From: Planctomycetota bacterium
GTDB taxonomy: Bacteria > Planctomycetota > UBA11346
Direction: 5' to 3'
Length of the DNA stretch: 64,000 nucleotides
NCBI GenBank assembly: GCA_038231435.1
Contig: JBBRLJ010000002.1
Span: forward strand, 128,001-192,000
Part shown: positions 19,074 to 29,646 of the stretch, one piece after another
Numbering within the stretch: position 1 is the stretch's first letter
Layout of the letters: every line of letters begins with the position of its first letter
Program-made: the position numbers and the translations under genes
The notes under the pieces: generated by a model
The model's input: only the letters and a program-made list of their open reading frames with translations
What the model was told of the DNA's origin: nothing
Databases searched by the model: none

Positions 19074-19994
19074 TCAAGGCGGCGTCACCCAGCCGCCGCC
19101 CGGGCGGTTGTAGTCATCCATGGTGTGGACCTGGCCGTATTCGTCGATCGCGATGCTGTCGGGGGACCAGTTGCGGGCCCAGGGCCCGGTGACCGGCGCG
19201 TTGCGCGCGTCGACATGCACCAGGCCGTTCGCATCGCGGAAGGCGGTGCCATGGTAGGACACCAGGGTGCGTCCGCTCGAATCCATGGTGGTGATGAGCG
19301 CGTCCCGACGCAAGCCATCTCCAGGCGCGATCGCTACGGTGGTGTTGCACTGATAGACCTGCCCACCGGTGGCATAGGTCCAATCAAAGTGCACGTCGCC
19401 GGCATCGGCCTGCGCGACCGGAGCCGCTCGGCCAGGCGCGACCGGGATCGGACGTACCTCGGTGTCGAGCCGCTTGCGCGCGCGCTCCAAGCTCGGACGC
19501 CCGTCGTCGCGCTCATTCCGAGACCGGCGCGTGTTCTGGTCTAAACCCGGGCCGGAATCCGCGCTCGGGGCGGCAATCGGTGATGACCTGTCACCCGATT
19601 GGAAACCAGGTGCGGATCGCGCGCGTTCGTGGCGCGCTTCGGCGGTCCCCAAGGCGGGACCCGCTTCCAGCGCGTCCATGACACCGTACCGCGAATCCCC
19701 GCCTTCGGTGATCGCCTGCTCAGCTTCGCTGCCAGAGCTCGTGCCATCGCGCGGCATCGCGCTTTCGGCATCCCCTGCTTGGCCCAAGGCGTCCAGTGCC
19801 GCCGATTCCCTTCCCCGGTCCAGGGCGGATAGCGCGGCGCGATGGGCAACGACCATGCTTCCACCACAGCTTGCGATCAGCACCAAGAGGATCGCCGCGA
19901 GCCGCAGGACGGTCCGGCGTGGCCTGGCAAGGCTTGACGTCGGCTCGACGATGTGAGCAGAGCGCGCAGGTGAGGACACGGAGTGGGACGGCAT
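19074..19994 (-). CDS. Membrane-anchored hypothetical protein
   Basis: N-terminal TM/signal ('LAAILLVLIASCGG'), low-complexity linker and globular beta-rich C-terminal domain. Confidence 0.65.
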   Translation of the reverse strand: MPSHSVSSPARSAHIVEPTSSLARPRRTVLRLAAILLVLIASCGGSMVVAHRAALSALDRGRESAALDALGQAGDAESAMPRDGTSSGSEAEQAITEGGDSRYGVMDALEAGPALGTAEARHERARSAPGFQSGDRSSPIAAPSADSGPGLDQNTRRSRNERDDGRPSLERARKRLDTEVRPIPVAPGRAAPVAQADAGDVHFDWTYATGGQVYQCNTTVAIAPGDGLRRDALITTMDSSGRTLVSYHGTAFRDANGLVHVDARNAPVTGPWARNWSPDSIAIDEYGQVHTMDDYNRPGGGWVTPP

Positions 19995-20216
19995 CGCCAG
20001 GGAGGATACACCAGGATCAGCCACACGCAGCGGCAGGCCTCCGAGACCACCAGCACGTGTGGCACCGAGACCCCTGGAAACAATCTGGACGCCACCGCCG
20101 GATGGCGATGGCGTCCATTTGTACCCACTCCATGTGTACCCACTATGCACCCGACGACGCCCACGTCGGACCGGGTGTCTCGTGTCCGGTCAGACGGTCT
20201 CGCGCGCAGTCCGGCC

Positions 20217-20381
20217 TCAGGCGGTGGCTTGCAGCGGCTTGTCGTCCGGGGTGGAGATCTCGAGCACGCTGTCCCAGTGATGCTGCTGGTAGCCCTTGCG
20301 CAGCGCTTCCTTCAAGGAGGCCGCTTCGATCAGGACCTTGTTGAGCTCGATGCCGCGGGCGTAGATGATCTTGAACGTCAT
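20217..20381 (-). CDS. Small hypothetical protein (54 aa)
   Basis: [30 protein letters not shown]... with host-like codon usage, divergent from the SEC-C gene. Confidence 0.55.
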   Translation of the reverse strand: MTFKIIYARGIELNKVLIEAASLKEALRKGYQQHHWDSVLEISTPDDKPLQATA

Positions 20382-20478
20382 GGCGGAAATGTCGCGCCCC
20401 ACAGGCGATTGCCAGCGGAATGCCCACTCCGCAAGGTTCCGGAGTTCCCACGCTTGCGCCGCGCGCCATGCTGCGGCC

Positions 20479-20949
<471 letters not shown>

Positions 20950-20980
20950 TCCCGGACGATGCGCGCCGGGCCCTCGCGTT

Positions 20981-21706
20981 TCAAAACCAGTACGAGATGC
21001 CGCCCACCGGCCCATGGAACGCGGGACATCCCGACTGCCACAGGAATCCGGCGCGTAGCTCGAGCGCGCGCAGCATATAGCCAGCTCCGACCTCGCCTGC
21101 CGCGACGGGCCTGGCGCCCACCGATCCGATGTCGGCTTCGATATCGAGGATCCATGGAGCGCGCGGAAACCAGGCGATCGCCAGCGAGCCGGCCGGACCG
21201 ATGCCGGGACTCGACCCGATCGTCGACCAACGCGCGCCGAGGCCGATGCGCGTGAGCGCGCGCGGTCCTTGCAGCAGACGGTAGGTTCCCGTCGCCAATC
21301 CCGACACGCCGGAGTCGTCGCGACTCGTCGCCTGGGATGCGCGCACGCGCACCATCGCGCCAAAGCGGAAGGTGGAATCCAGATCGGCTTCGGTAGAACC
21401 GAGGGTGGTGCGGTCGTCGCGGCCGACCGCGGCGCCGATCCGGCCTCCCCACAGCCGGAAGCGCCGATCATCGCGGAAGAACGGGACCACCCGCAGGTAT
21501 CCGGGATGCCCGTCGCGGTACGGCCAGCGCGGGAAGAGCGCGATCATCAGCTGGTCGCGCAACCGTCGGAGCGGACCGAACCAGCGCAGAGCGGGCGCGT
21601 CCAACGCCGCCCACGCGGCGTCCAGGGGCGCGTGGCGGGCTTCCGCGGCGGAACCGATGGATTGGCCGAGCACCGCGCAACAGATCGTCGACACCACCAC
21701 GCGCAT
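20981..21706 (-). CDS. Putative small outer-membrane beta-barrel protein
   Basis: Signal-like N-terminus, amphipathic beta-strands and C-terminal 'GPVGGISYWF'. Confidence 0.65.
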   Translation of the reverse strand: MRVVVSTICCAVLGQSIGSAAEARHAPLDAAWAALDAPALRWFGPLRRLRDQLMIALFPRWPYRDGHPGYLRVVPFFRDDRRFRLWGGRIGAAVGRDDRTTLGSTEADLDSTFRFGAMVRVRASQATSRDDSGVSGLATGTYRLLQGPRALTRIGLGARWSTIGSSPGIGPAGSLAIAWFPRAPWILDIEADIGSVGARPVAAGEVGAGYMLRALELRAGFLWQSGCPAFHGPVGGISYWF

Positions 21707-21840
21707 CGCCGCAGCCTCGGCCATGGCGCGAGCGCACAACCCGCTCTGCGGAAGGGTTTGCACACGCTCTCGCTGCGAACCCCGCGCGGGGGATGGACCG
21801 CCCGCCCGGCAGCGTGTACACCTTCTCCGGGAGTCGGCTG

Positions 21841-23346
21841 ATGGCGGTGGCAGGAACGATCCTGGTGGTTGACGATCGTCTCAAGAGCGCCGCCTCGTTG
21901 CGGGCGTGGCTGGGATCCGATTCCCCGGTGACGGTATCGGCCACCTACGCCGAGGCCGCGGACACCGTCGCGTACCTGCATCTCGCCGGCTCGCCGCTCC
22001 CCGCCCTGGTCATCGGGCCGCTAGCGAAAGATGGGGTCGCGTTCCTGGCCGATCTGCGCGGTCAGGGCATCGACATCCCAACCGCGTTCTACACCGAGAC
22101 CAGATCGCGGGACCAGGATGCCGCGCTCGCGCGCCAGTACTCGTTGGTGGCGATCCTGCACAAGCCGTTTGCGGAAGAGGACCGTGCCGGCATCTTCGGT
22201 GCGATCCCTGCTGCCGATGCCATGTCGAACCTCAGCGGCGGTCGGGTCGTCGCCGCCGAAGAGCCGCGGCGCGACGAGCCGCATCAGCCCGTCGTCTCAC
22301 CGGCGCATCAGCGCGACGTCCTCGACGATCTCATCGGTGGCAACCGCACCTCGTCGGTGAAGGAAGGCATGCCGCAGCCGTCGCGGCCGAAACTGCGCGC
22401 GGACGAGCTGCCGAGCGGAGTGCAGCGCCTGCTGTTCGATCCGATGGCCGGCGCGGGAGGCGCCGATGAACACAAGCAGGCCGAGCAGAAGCCGATCGAG
22501 GCGCGCGCGGTGACGATGCTCGTGGTCGATGACAGCTTCGGCAGCGCGCGCATGCTGGCGGAGCGCCTTGGCGCGCCCGGCCAGACCTGCAAGGCGGTGC
22601 CGTCGTACGCCGACGCCTTCGCGCAGCTCGAGCGCCTGATGATGGGCACCCTCGGTTGCGAGCTGCTGTTCGGCCCCCTGTCCGCCGAAGGCGTCACCGC
22701 GATCCGCGAGTACCGCAAACGCGGCTGGCAGATGCACGTGGTGTTCTTCACCGAATCGGCCTCGCAGTCCCAGGATCCACGCCTCGCGGCGCAGTATGGC
22801 TGCCTGGCAATCGTGCGTCGCGCGGGCATGGTCGAACCGCTCGAACGGCTGGTCGCCGACGTCCGCGGCAAACCGCGGCAGGCGGCCGCGCTGCCGCTCG
22901 ACAGCGCCGCGAAGAGCGCGTCGAGCCGCTTGAACACGCCGCTTGTGGGCCAGCTAGGCTCGGCGCCGCCAGCACGGGAGGCGACTCCTCAGGGCAAGAG
23001 CGAGTCGTCCCCGGTTCCGCACAACGCGCCTGGCACCTCGCGCCTGAGCGCCGGAACCGGCAACACTCCGGTCGCGGCCGATCAGCGAGCGAGCGCGCTG
23101 TCGTCGCGAGTCAGGCGTTCGATCGGCTCGCTGCCGCCAGTGTCCTCGCCTCCCTCAGGCGCGGCGTCGCCGCCTTCAGGTGGAGCGCCGCCTCCGCTGC
23201 AGATCGACGTGCCGGGCGACGTGCCCTCGGGTCACGAACGGGTGATGGCCTGCTTCCGCTGCAAGCGCGAATTCGTCGCCAGGTTCACGTCGTTGCCGGC
23301 AAAAGCCGTGTGCGATCACTGCGGGGCGCCCAACGCGCTGAAATGA
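21841..23346 (+). CDS. Protein with two atypical receiver domains and a C-terminal zinc ribbon
   Basis: Two REC-like units, 'ILVVDD...LVIGPL...FYTE...KPF' and 'MLVVDD...LLFGPL...FFTE'. Ends CFRC...CDHC. Confidence 0.8.
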   Translation: MAVAGTILVVDDRLKSAASLRAWLGSDSPVTVSATYAEAADTVAYLHLAGSPLPALVIGPLAKDGVAFLADLRGQGIDIPTAFYTETRSRDQDAALARQYSLVAILHKPFAEEDRAGIFGAIPAADAMSNLSGGRVVAAEEPRRDEPHQPVVSPAHQRDVLDDLIGGNRTSSVKEGMPQPSRPKLRADELPSGVQRLLFDPMAGAGGADEHKQAEQKPIEARAVTMLVVDDSFGSARMLAERLGAPGQTCKAVPSYADAFAQLERLMMGTLGCELLFGPLSAEGVTAIREYRKRGWQMHVVFFTESASQSQDPRLAAQYGCLAIVRRAGMVEPLERLVADVRGKPRQAAALPLDSAAKSASSRLNTPLVGQLGSAPPAREATPQGKSESSPVPHNAPGTSRLSAGTGNTPVAADQRASALSSRVRRSIGSLPPVSSPPSGAASPPSGGAPPPLQIDVPGDVPSGHERVMACFRCKREFVARFTSLPAKAVCDHCGAPNALK

Positions 23347-23362
23347 ATCAGCGCTGCCCCCG

Positions 23363-24451
23363 TCAGGGCCTGACGATCATCACGCCCAACGGGGTGATGT
23401 CCGGATCGTGGATCGCCGCGGAACCATCGAGCAGCGTCGCCACGTCCTTGTGGCCCATGGTGAGCGCGCGCGCGAGCGCCGTGGCTCCGACCTCATCGGT
23501 GACCGTGGCGTCGGCGCCGCGGTTCATCAGCACCTCGACGATGCCGCGGTGGCCGTAATCGGCGGCGAGCATCAGCGGAGTACGGCCCTCGCGGTTGCGC
23601 GCGTTGATCGACGCCTTGCAGCGGATCAGTTCCGCGGCTAAATCGACATGGCCGCCGAGCGCGGCCCAATGCAGTGGCGACATGCCTTGCTGGTCGCGCA
23701 TGTTGACCAGCACACGGCGCTGCATCAGCAGATGGAAGAAGCGGCGGTCCGCGCGTTGCACGCTGATCGCCAGGGCCGTCCAGCCCGAGGAATCGGAGGC
23801 ATCGACCTCGGCGCCATTCTCGATCAGCGTGATCGCCACGTCGATGCGGCCCGCCAGGGCGGCGAGGTGCAATGGCGTGCGCTCGCGCGAGTCGCGGGCG
23901 TTGACCTCGGCGCCGGCGCGCAGCAGCAGCTTGACGATGGCGAGATTGCCGTTCGCCGCGGCGTGGTGGAGCGGCCCGGTGGCTGCGTCGCGGGGGTCGG
24001 GGTCGGCGCCCTTGGCGATGAGCAGCGCCGCGGCGAACTGTCGGCCATGCGCCGCCGCCCAGTGCATCGGAGTCTCTCCGCTGCGCGACTCGATGGCCTC
24101 GAGATCGGCTCCTGCCGCGATCAACGCCTCCATGGTCTCGACATGCCCGTGCGCGGTGGCGAGGTGCAGCGGCGTGGCGCCGATGGTGTCGCGCGCGTCG
24201 ATGCGCGCGCCGCGCTGGATCAGCAGTTCGACCATCGCGCGGCGGTTGGCCACCGCGGCAGCGTGCAACAGGCTCCAGCCGCGCTGATTGGTGCGGTGCA
24301 CGTAGGTGGGATGGCTCGTGAGCACGAATGTCAGGGTCTCCCCGGCTCCAGCCTCTATGTGGTCGAGGCAGGCCTGGAAGATGATGTCCATGACCGGCTG
24401 GTGCGACGGTCGGGGCGTATGCGGCGATGACGGGGTCGCGGTAGCCGGCAT
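23363..24451 (-). CDS. Ankyrin-repeat protein
   Basis: About 9 repeats of G-x-T-P-L-H-x-A-A...G-A-x-x-(D/N). Start could be 24391. Confidence 0.95.
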   Translation of the reverse strand: MPATATPSSPHTPRPSHQPVMDIIFQACLDHIEAGAGETLTFVLTSHPTYVHRTNQRGWSLLHAAAVANRRAMVELLIQRGARIDARDTIGATPLHLATAHGHVETMEALIAAGADLEAIESRSGETPMHWAAAHGRQFAAALLIAKGADPDPRDAATGPLHHAAANGNLAIVKLLLRAGAEVNARDSRERTPLHLAALAGRIDVAITLIENGAEVDASDSSGWTALAISVQRADRRFFHLLMQRRVLVNMRDQQGMSPLHWAALGGHVDLAAELIRCKASINARNREGRTPLMLAADYGHRGIVEVLMNRGADATVTDEVGATALARALTMGHKDVATLLDGSAAIHDPDITPLGVMIVRP

Positions 24452-24548
24452 GCGAAACTATACCCCATTCAAGGCCCGCCGTCAAAATGACGCGCCATGC
24501 AACACGCCTGTTTTTTTCTAAGGTATTATCAAAACTAAACTTATAAAA

Positions 24549-25085
24549 TCACGCCGTGGGCTCCGCGGTCTGATCCGCAGCCTTTGCGGGCGCGACGACG
24601 GCCTGCGAGGCAGGGCCGTCGCCGGTGAGGTCGAGTCCGCACGAGGTGCAAAAATGGAGATCGGCCAAGCCCTTCCCCTCGAAGCTCAGCGCCCCGTGGC
24701 AGGCGTGGCAGCTGGTATCGTGTTCGCCGAATTCGGCTCGGCACCAGGGACAGTGCTGCTTGAAACCGATCAGGTGGCCGTGGCACTTCGGGCAGATCTC
24801 GGAGCGGCCCTGCTTCACGAAGAAGTGCACGGCCAGCGACGCCGCCACCACCCAACCCAGGAGCCACGGCCACAGCATGGCGTCGGTGCCCTTGAGCTGG
24901 ACGATGATCGCGACGGTATCGACCACCACCACCACGGCGAAGACGATGGCGAGCACGAAGCAGGTCTTATGCGCGCGCCGATTGGCGAGGAATTTCCGCC
25001 GGTAGCGCTCCGCCTGGGCCTCGCTCAGCGGAGCGGCCGCCTGGGCTTTCGCCGTTCTCGACGTGATTGGTCGCGCTCGCCTCAT
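24549..25085 (-). CDS. Two-TM membrane protein with multiple zinc-ribbon (CxxC) motifs
   Basis: Two hydrophobic helices followed by CPKC, CPWC, CHAC, CTSC. Confidence 0.75.
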   Translation of the reverse strand: MRRARPITSRTAKAQAAAPLSEAQAERYRRKFLANRRAHKTCFVLAIVFAVVVVVDTVAIIVQLKGTDAMLWPWLLGWVVAASLAVHFFVKQGRSEICPKCHGHLIGFKQHCPWCRAEFGEHDTSCHACHGALSFEGKGLADLHFCTSCGLDLTGDGPASQAVVAPAKAADQTAEPTA

Positions 25086-25224
25086 GGTACCCCCTGTCCT
25101 GCCGTCACCGTGGCAGGCTAGCGGAATCCGATGTCGGGGGCACCGCCACCTCGGATTGCACTGCGAGGATGTGTTACTGGGTCGGCGGGAGCCTGAGACG
25201 CGTTAGACCGAGCCTGAGACGCGT

Positions 25225-25920
25225 TCAGGGCGCTGGAGCTGGAGCTGGAGCCGGAGCCGGAGCCGCTGGATCCGCGGGTTTTTCCGTGGATGGAGCAGCG
25301 GGCTCGGCGGGAGCGTTCTTCAGCGCCTCGAGCTTGGCCTTCGACTGGTCGAGATCCTTGGCCGCCTCGTCGCGCTTCTTGTTCAGTTCGTCCTTCTTCT
25401 TGTCCATCGACTTGCGATCGCGCTCGAGCGCAGCGAGATGCTGCTTGCCGACAGCGGCCTCGGAGTCGGAGCTCGCGGCCATGCGCTTGGTCTTCTGGTA
25501 TTCCTTCTGCGCGTCCTCTTGCGCCTTCACCGACTCGGAGCTCGCGCCGCCGGTGTTGTTGGCGTTGTTGCGGTTCGCCTCGTATTCCTTCTGCACGCGC
25601 GCGTCGGCGGCTTCCATCGCCGCCTTGGCCTGGGTGAGGCGATCCTTGGCGCCTTCGATGTCCGCGACGTCGCTCTTGGTCTTCTCGATGTCCTTGTCGA
25701 GCTTGGTGGCCTTGGTCTCGTTGTCGGTGATCGCCTTGTCGAGGCGCTCGAGCTCCTTGGTCTTCGACGCAACCTCGGACTCGGCCGCCTTCAGCGTCTT
25801 GTCGTGCTGAGCCTGGACCTTGCGCGCATCGGCGTCGGGTGAGGCCTCGGCCGCATAGCCATTGCCGCTGGCGAGCAGGGCGAGGACGACGGCCGACAGG
25901 ATCAAGACGCGTGGGGACAT
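25225..25920 (-). CDS. Secreted coiled-coil protein
   Basis: Signal peptide, K/E/A/D-rich heptads and a PA-repeat tail. Confidence 0.82.
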   Translation of the reverse strand: MSPRVLILSAVVLALLASGNGYAAEASPDADARKVQAQHDKTLKAAESEVASKTKELERLDKAITDNETKATKLDKDIEKTKSDVADIEGAKDRLTQAKAAMEAADARVQKEYEANRNNANNTGGASSESVKAQEDAQKEYQKTKRMAASSDSEAAVGKQHLAALERDRKSMDKKKDELNKKRDEAAKDLDQSKAKLEALKNAPAEPAAPSTEKPADPAAPAPAPAPAPAP

Positions 25921-26072
25921 GGCGGTTCTCCGGGAGCGCGGATTTTCCCGTCATCCGACCGCCTGCAAGAGAATTGGCCGAGGAGCGTGAGCAGCGCGGA
26001 CGGCGGGCATCGCTGCGAGCATGGGACGCCATGGCCTAGCCATGCCATGCCTAGGACATGCCTCGGACGTGC

Positions 26073-28397
26073 CTACGGCACCACCACCGGCTCGGAACCC
26101 GGAGTGGGGGCATCCCTGGGGGCGGGCGCCACCGCGCCGCCGGCCGCGGCCGCGGCCGCGCCGCTCTCGATGTCCGGGGCAGCGACCTCTGGGGGAGCGA
26201 CCTCGGCGGGCGCGTGCGGCTCGACGGCGGGTTCACCCTCCGCGGGACGATCGGGCTCGGGGTCCTGGGGCGTCGGAGTCGCATCGCCTGCGGCGCCCTC
26301 GGCGCCCGCAGGCTGGCGCGCGACGAACTCCTTGCCTCGCGCGGAGCGGGGAGCGCTCACCGCGGCGAGCAGGTCGGGCGAGCTGGCGATGCGTTCGAGG
26401 GCGAAGTAGCGCGGGCCGCCGGCATAAGCCAGCGAGACCTCGTGCGCATGCGTCCCGCTCTGGCAACGCAGGGCGACGGCTCCCGAAGTGGTCGAATCGG
26501 CCAGCGCCTGGTCGACGCTCGCGACGCTCATCGGCTTGCCGCCGATGCGCGTCACGCGCATGCCCGGAGCGAGCCGCGCCCGGTCGGCGGGGCTTCCGGG
26601 GAGCACCTGCTTGATCACGCCCTTCTGCAGCACCAGGCCGAGCGACCAGCTCTCGTCCAGGTACTGGTACCTGGTGGCGTAGGTCGCCATGGGTTCGCCG
26701 CGTTCGCCAGCGAAGCGCACCCGCCATCCGCAGCGCTCGAAACCGGCGAAGCTCAGCGCGATCGAAGTGCCCAGCATGCGCTCGTCGATCAGCGCGCGCC
26801 AATCGTGCGGCTGGATCGCCTGCAACGCCGCGACGATGTCGTCGACTCCATACGGCTTCGGCTTGGCCGATCCCCCCGCATTTCCGCCTTCGAAGCCCTC
26901 GACGCGAAAGAACTCGCGGCAGAAGTCATCGAGGCTCCTGGCTCCGTTGGACTCGGAGCGGATGATGCCGTCGATCTCGAGCCACATGAGCATGCCTTCG
27001 AGGTAGTAGTCCTGGTCGCGGCGCAGCTGGCCCCAGTGCGCGCTCGGCCCGCGCAGCTGCCAGTTGGCGATGGCGGTGTCGTCGACCGAGCGCCAGTCGC
27101 GTCCGGTGTGCAGCGCGAGCTCCTGCGCCTCGGCCTGCAGGCGTTCGACGAAACCGCTGTCGGTGCCGAGCTGCGCACGCGAGGCCATGATCTCGCCCAG
27201 GTACATGTCGAGCCCCTCGTACACCCACAACAGATGGGTTCGCTCGGGGGTGTGGAAATCCCGAGTGTACATGCCGGCCGGTCGCCGGTACTTCCCGCAC
27301 CAGGCGTGGCAGAATTCGTGCGCCATCTGCTCGGCGATCGCTGGCGGATTCACGAGCGCGCCGCGCTGGAAGGTGTTCAGGCTGCACGACTCGTGCTCGA
27401 GACCGGTCGGCTCCGCCACCTCGCTGGCCACGGCCAGCAGATGGTAGGTCTGGAAGGGCGTCGGCCCGGGAAACTGCTCGTGCACCTCGTCTGCGAGACG
27501 CGCGAACGAGGCCTGCGCCTCGGCATCGAGCGTCACGCCGGTCTCGTCCTCGGCCAGCGCGTCCAGCTCGAGCCGCAGCGGGACCCCGTGATCGGGCACC
27601 GACGAGACGTCGTAGCGCGCCAGATGCTCGCCGGCGATCAGTGGCGCGTCGATCAGCTCGCGCAGGCTGACCTCGTGCCCGCTGAACGTGTCTCCCTCCG
27701 CCGCCTGGGCGGGGTCGTTCGGGGCTTCGGCTTCCATGGCGCCCAGCTCCAGCGCGCTGGCCTGCTTCCAGCCGCTGGGCAGGCGGATGCGGGGCTCCAC
27801 CAGCACGGTGTCCTCGTCCGGCCCTTCCGGATAGAGCAGGCAGGTGTTCCAGCTGATCACTCCGAGCGAGCCGTCGCCGGCGCTATCGATGCCCTTGGAG
27901 TTCTCGCTCGGCTGATTGCAGATGTAGTCGATGCTCGCCACCAGGCGATCGGCGCCCGCGGGGACGGTGACTCCGAAGCGGTTCAGCTCGACATCGTCGC
28001 GGCGCCACGCCAAGCGTTCGCCGGTCGGCAGCGTGAAGCGCAGTCCGCCGAGATTCTCGACCGGCCCGCACGGCGCATGGGTTCCGGGCATCCACTTCGG
28101 GAACCACAGCCAGACCAGACCGGGAGTGACGGGAATGGTTTCCCGTGCATGCAGGAGGCCGCGCGCCAGATCGGTGGCATCGACCACCAGCGTGAGGCGT
28201 ACCGGCTTGGGCGCGGTGCCCGGCGTGGCGGCGGCAGAGGCGGTGGTCGGAATCTGCTGCCCGGAGGACGAGCTCGACGCCGCTGCCGGATCGGATCGCC
28301 CGCCGCAACCGGCGAAGGCGATCAGCACCGCGGGTGTCGCCCAGCACGCCAGCGTGAAGCCCATGATCGGACGAGGATAGCGGCTGGTGGTGGTCAT
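26073..28397 (-). CDS. M61 family (glycyl aminopeptidase-like) metallopeptidase with PDZ domain, lipoprotein
   Basis: 'PKWMPG', 'LIDAP', 'GLEH', 'AHEFCHAW', 'LWVYEG', PDZ 'GSPADRARL', lipobox 'FAGC'. Confidence 0.92.
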   Translation of the reverse strand: MTTTSRYPRPIMGFTLACWATPAVLIAFAGCGGRSDPAAASSSSSGQQIPTTASAAATPGTAPKPVRLTLVVDATDLARGLLHARETIPVTPGLVWLWFPKWMPGTHAPCGPVENLGGLRFTLPTGERLAWRRDDVELNRFGVTVPAGADRLVASIDYICNQPSENSKGIDSAGDGSLGVISWNTCLLYPEGPDEDTVLVEPRIRLPSGWKQASALELGAMEAEAPNDPAQAAEGDTFSGHEVSLRELIDAPLIAGEHLARYDVSSVPDHGVPLRLELDALAEDETGVTLDAEAQASFARLADEVHEQFPGPTPFQTYHLLAVASEVAEPTGLEHESCSLNTFQRGALVNPPAIAEQMAHEFCHAWCGKYRRPAGMYTRDFHTPERTHLLWVYEGLDMYLGEIMASRAQLGTDSGFVERLQAEAQELALHTGRDWRSVDDTAIANWQLRGPSAHWGQLRRDQDYYLEGMLMWLEIDGIIRSESNGARSLDDFCREFFRVEGFEGGNAGGSAKPKPYGVDDIVAALQAIQPHDWRALIDERMLGTSIALSFAGFERCGWRVRFAGERGEPMATYATRYQYLDESWSLGLVLQKGVIKQVLPGSPADRARLAPGMRVTRIGGKPMSVASVDQALADSTTSGAVALRCQSGTHAHEVSLAYAGGPRYFALERIASSPDLLAAVSAPRSARGKEFVARQPAGAEGAAGDATPTPQDPEPDRPAEGEPAVEPHAPAEVAPPEVAAPDIESGAAAAAAGGAVAPAPRDAPTPGSEPVVVP

Positions 28398-28533
28398 ATG
28401 GTGAGCTTGTAGTCGCCACCCCCGTGCCCGCCATCTCCAAGCATTGCCAGGCCAGCCGAGCCAGCATTGCCCACATCCGCTGCTCGACGGGTGGACACGA
28501 GCCTTTTCGGGCGCACCGCTACCATCCGCGCCC

Positions 28534-29646
28534 ATGACGCATTCCCCATCCTGGTCCTTCCGCGTGCTCGCGGCGGCCTGCCTGCTGTGCCTGTCCGCGC
28601 TCGCCTGGCTTCCCGCGGAAGACGAGGTCGTCTGGCCGCCGGCCAAGCCCGCGTCCGAACCACCGGCCGGGACCACCCCCGCGCCAGCGCCCGCGCCGGC
28701 GCCCGGCGTCGCGGCACCAGCGGCGCCCGCGCCCGCGGCAGCCGTCAACACCCGCGCCATCACCAACGAGCGGTTCCTCGCCGCGGTGCGCGACTACAGC
28801 GGCGGCAAAGGCTTGGCCATCGTCGAGCAGGGTGACGGACCGGTGCGTCTGATGCTGGTCGGCGGAGCCAAGCTCGACGGCTCCGCGGCTGGCCTCGCGC
28901 TCGCGAAGAAGGCGATCGACGGACTCGAGGTGTGGGCCGGATCGCAGGAGACCTTCATCGCCACGAAGCCGCCTGCGGGCGAGATCTACTGGCTGGTGGT
29001 GTTCGCCAGCGCCGACCAGGTCGGGGGCTGGATCGACTACCTGCGCGAGAAGAACATCGTGGGCAAGCCCGAGGGCGAGGATCTCACCAAGAAGGTGCTC
29101 GCGTTCCCCGGTCAGCGCACCTATTTCACCCATGCGCAGAAGGTGCAGCCGCTGGTCGACGCGTGGATGGTGTACAGCGCCAGCTGCATGGCCGTCGACG
29201 CGTTCTACCTGGCGCATGGCGACAAGACCCGTGCGCCCACGTGGATCCGCGAAGGACTGGGCTCGGAGCTGCAACGTGCGCTCTGCCAGAAGATCCTCTG
29301 CACCACCATCGCCTATGAGGACAAGTCCATGCCGATGAGCGACAGCTGGGCCACCGATGTGGCTCAGCTGTTCAAGTCGAACAACCGCCAGGCCAAGCCC
29401 GGCACCGAACTGATGCGCATGGGCCTCGAGTCGCTGCCCAATGTCTTCTATCAGCAGATGTGGAGCCTGTGCGCCTTCGTGCGCGCGTCGTGCGGCAACA
29501 AGAAGGGCGCCGAGAACAAGTTCCGCAAGCTCCTCGATCTCACCGCCGCCGGGACCTCCAGCGAGGACGCCGTCAAGCAGCTGTTCGGCAAGTCGGATCC
29601 CCTGCTGACCAACGCCTGGCATACCTGGGCGCTCCAGCAGAAATGA
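28534..29646 (+). CDS. Secreted hypothetical protein, gluzincin-like fold without HExxH
   Basis: Signal peptide and PA linker. 'PTWIREGLG' and 'FYQQMWSL' resemble peptidase-MA/DUF1570 C-terminal motifs. Confidence 0.7.
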   Translation: MTHSPSWSFRVLAAACLLCLSALAWLPAEDEVVWPPAKPASEPPAGTTPAPAPAPAPGVAAPAAPAPAAAVNTRAITNERFLAAVRDYSGGKGLAIVEQGDGPVRLMLVGGAKLDGSAAGLALAKKAIDGLEVWAGSQETFIATKPPAGEIYWLVVFASADQVGGWIDYLREKNIVGKPEGEDLTKKVLAFPGQRTYFTHAQKVQPLVDAWMVYSASCMAVDAFYLAHGDKTRAPTWIREGLGSELQRALCQKILCTTIAYEDKSMPMSDSWATDVAQLFKSNNRQAKPGTELMRMGLESLPNVFYQQMWSLCAFVRASCGNKKGAENKFRKLLDLTAAGTSSEDAVKQLFGKSDPLLTNAWHTWALQQK

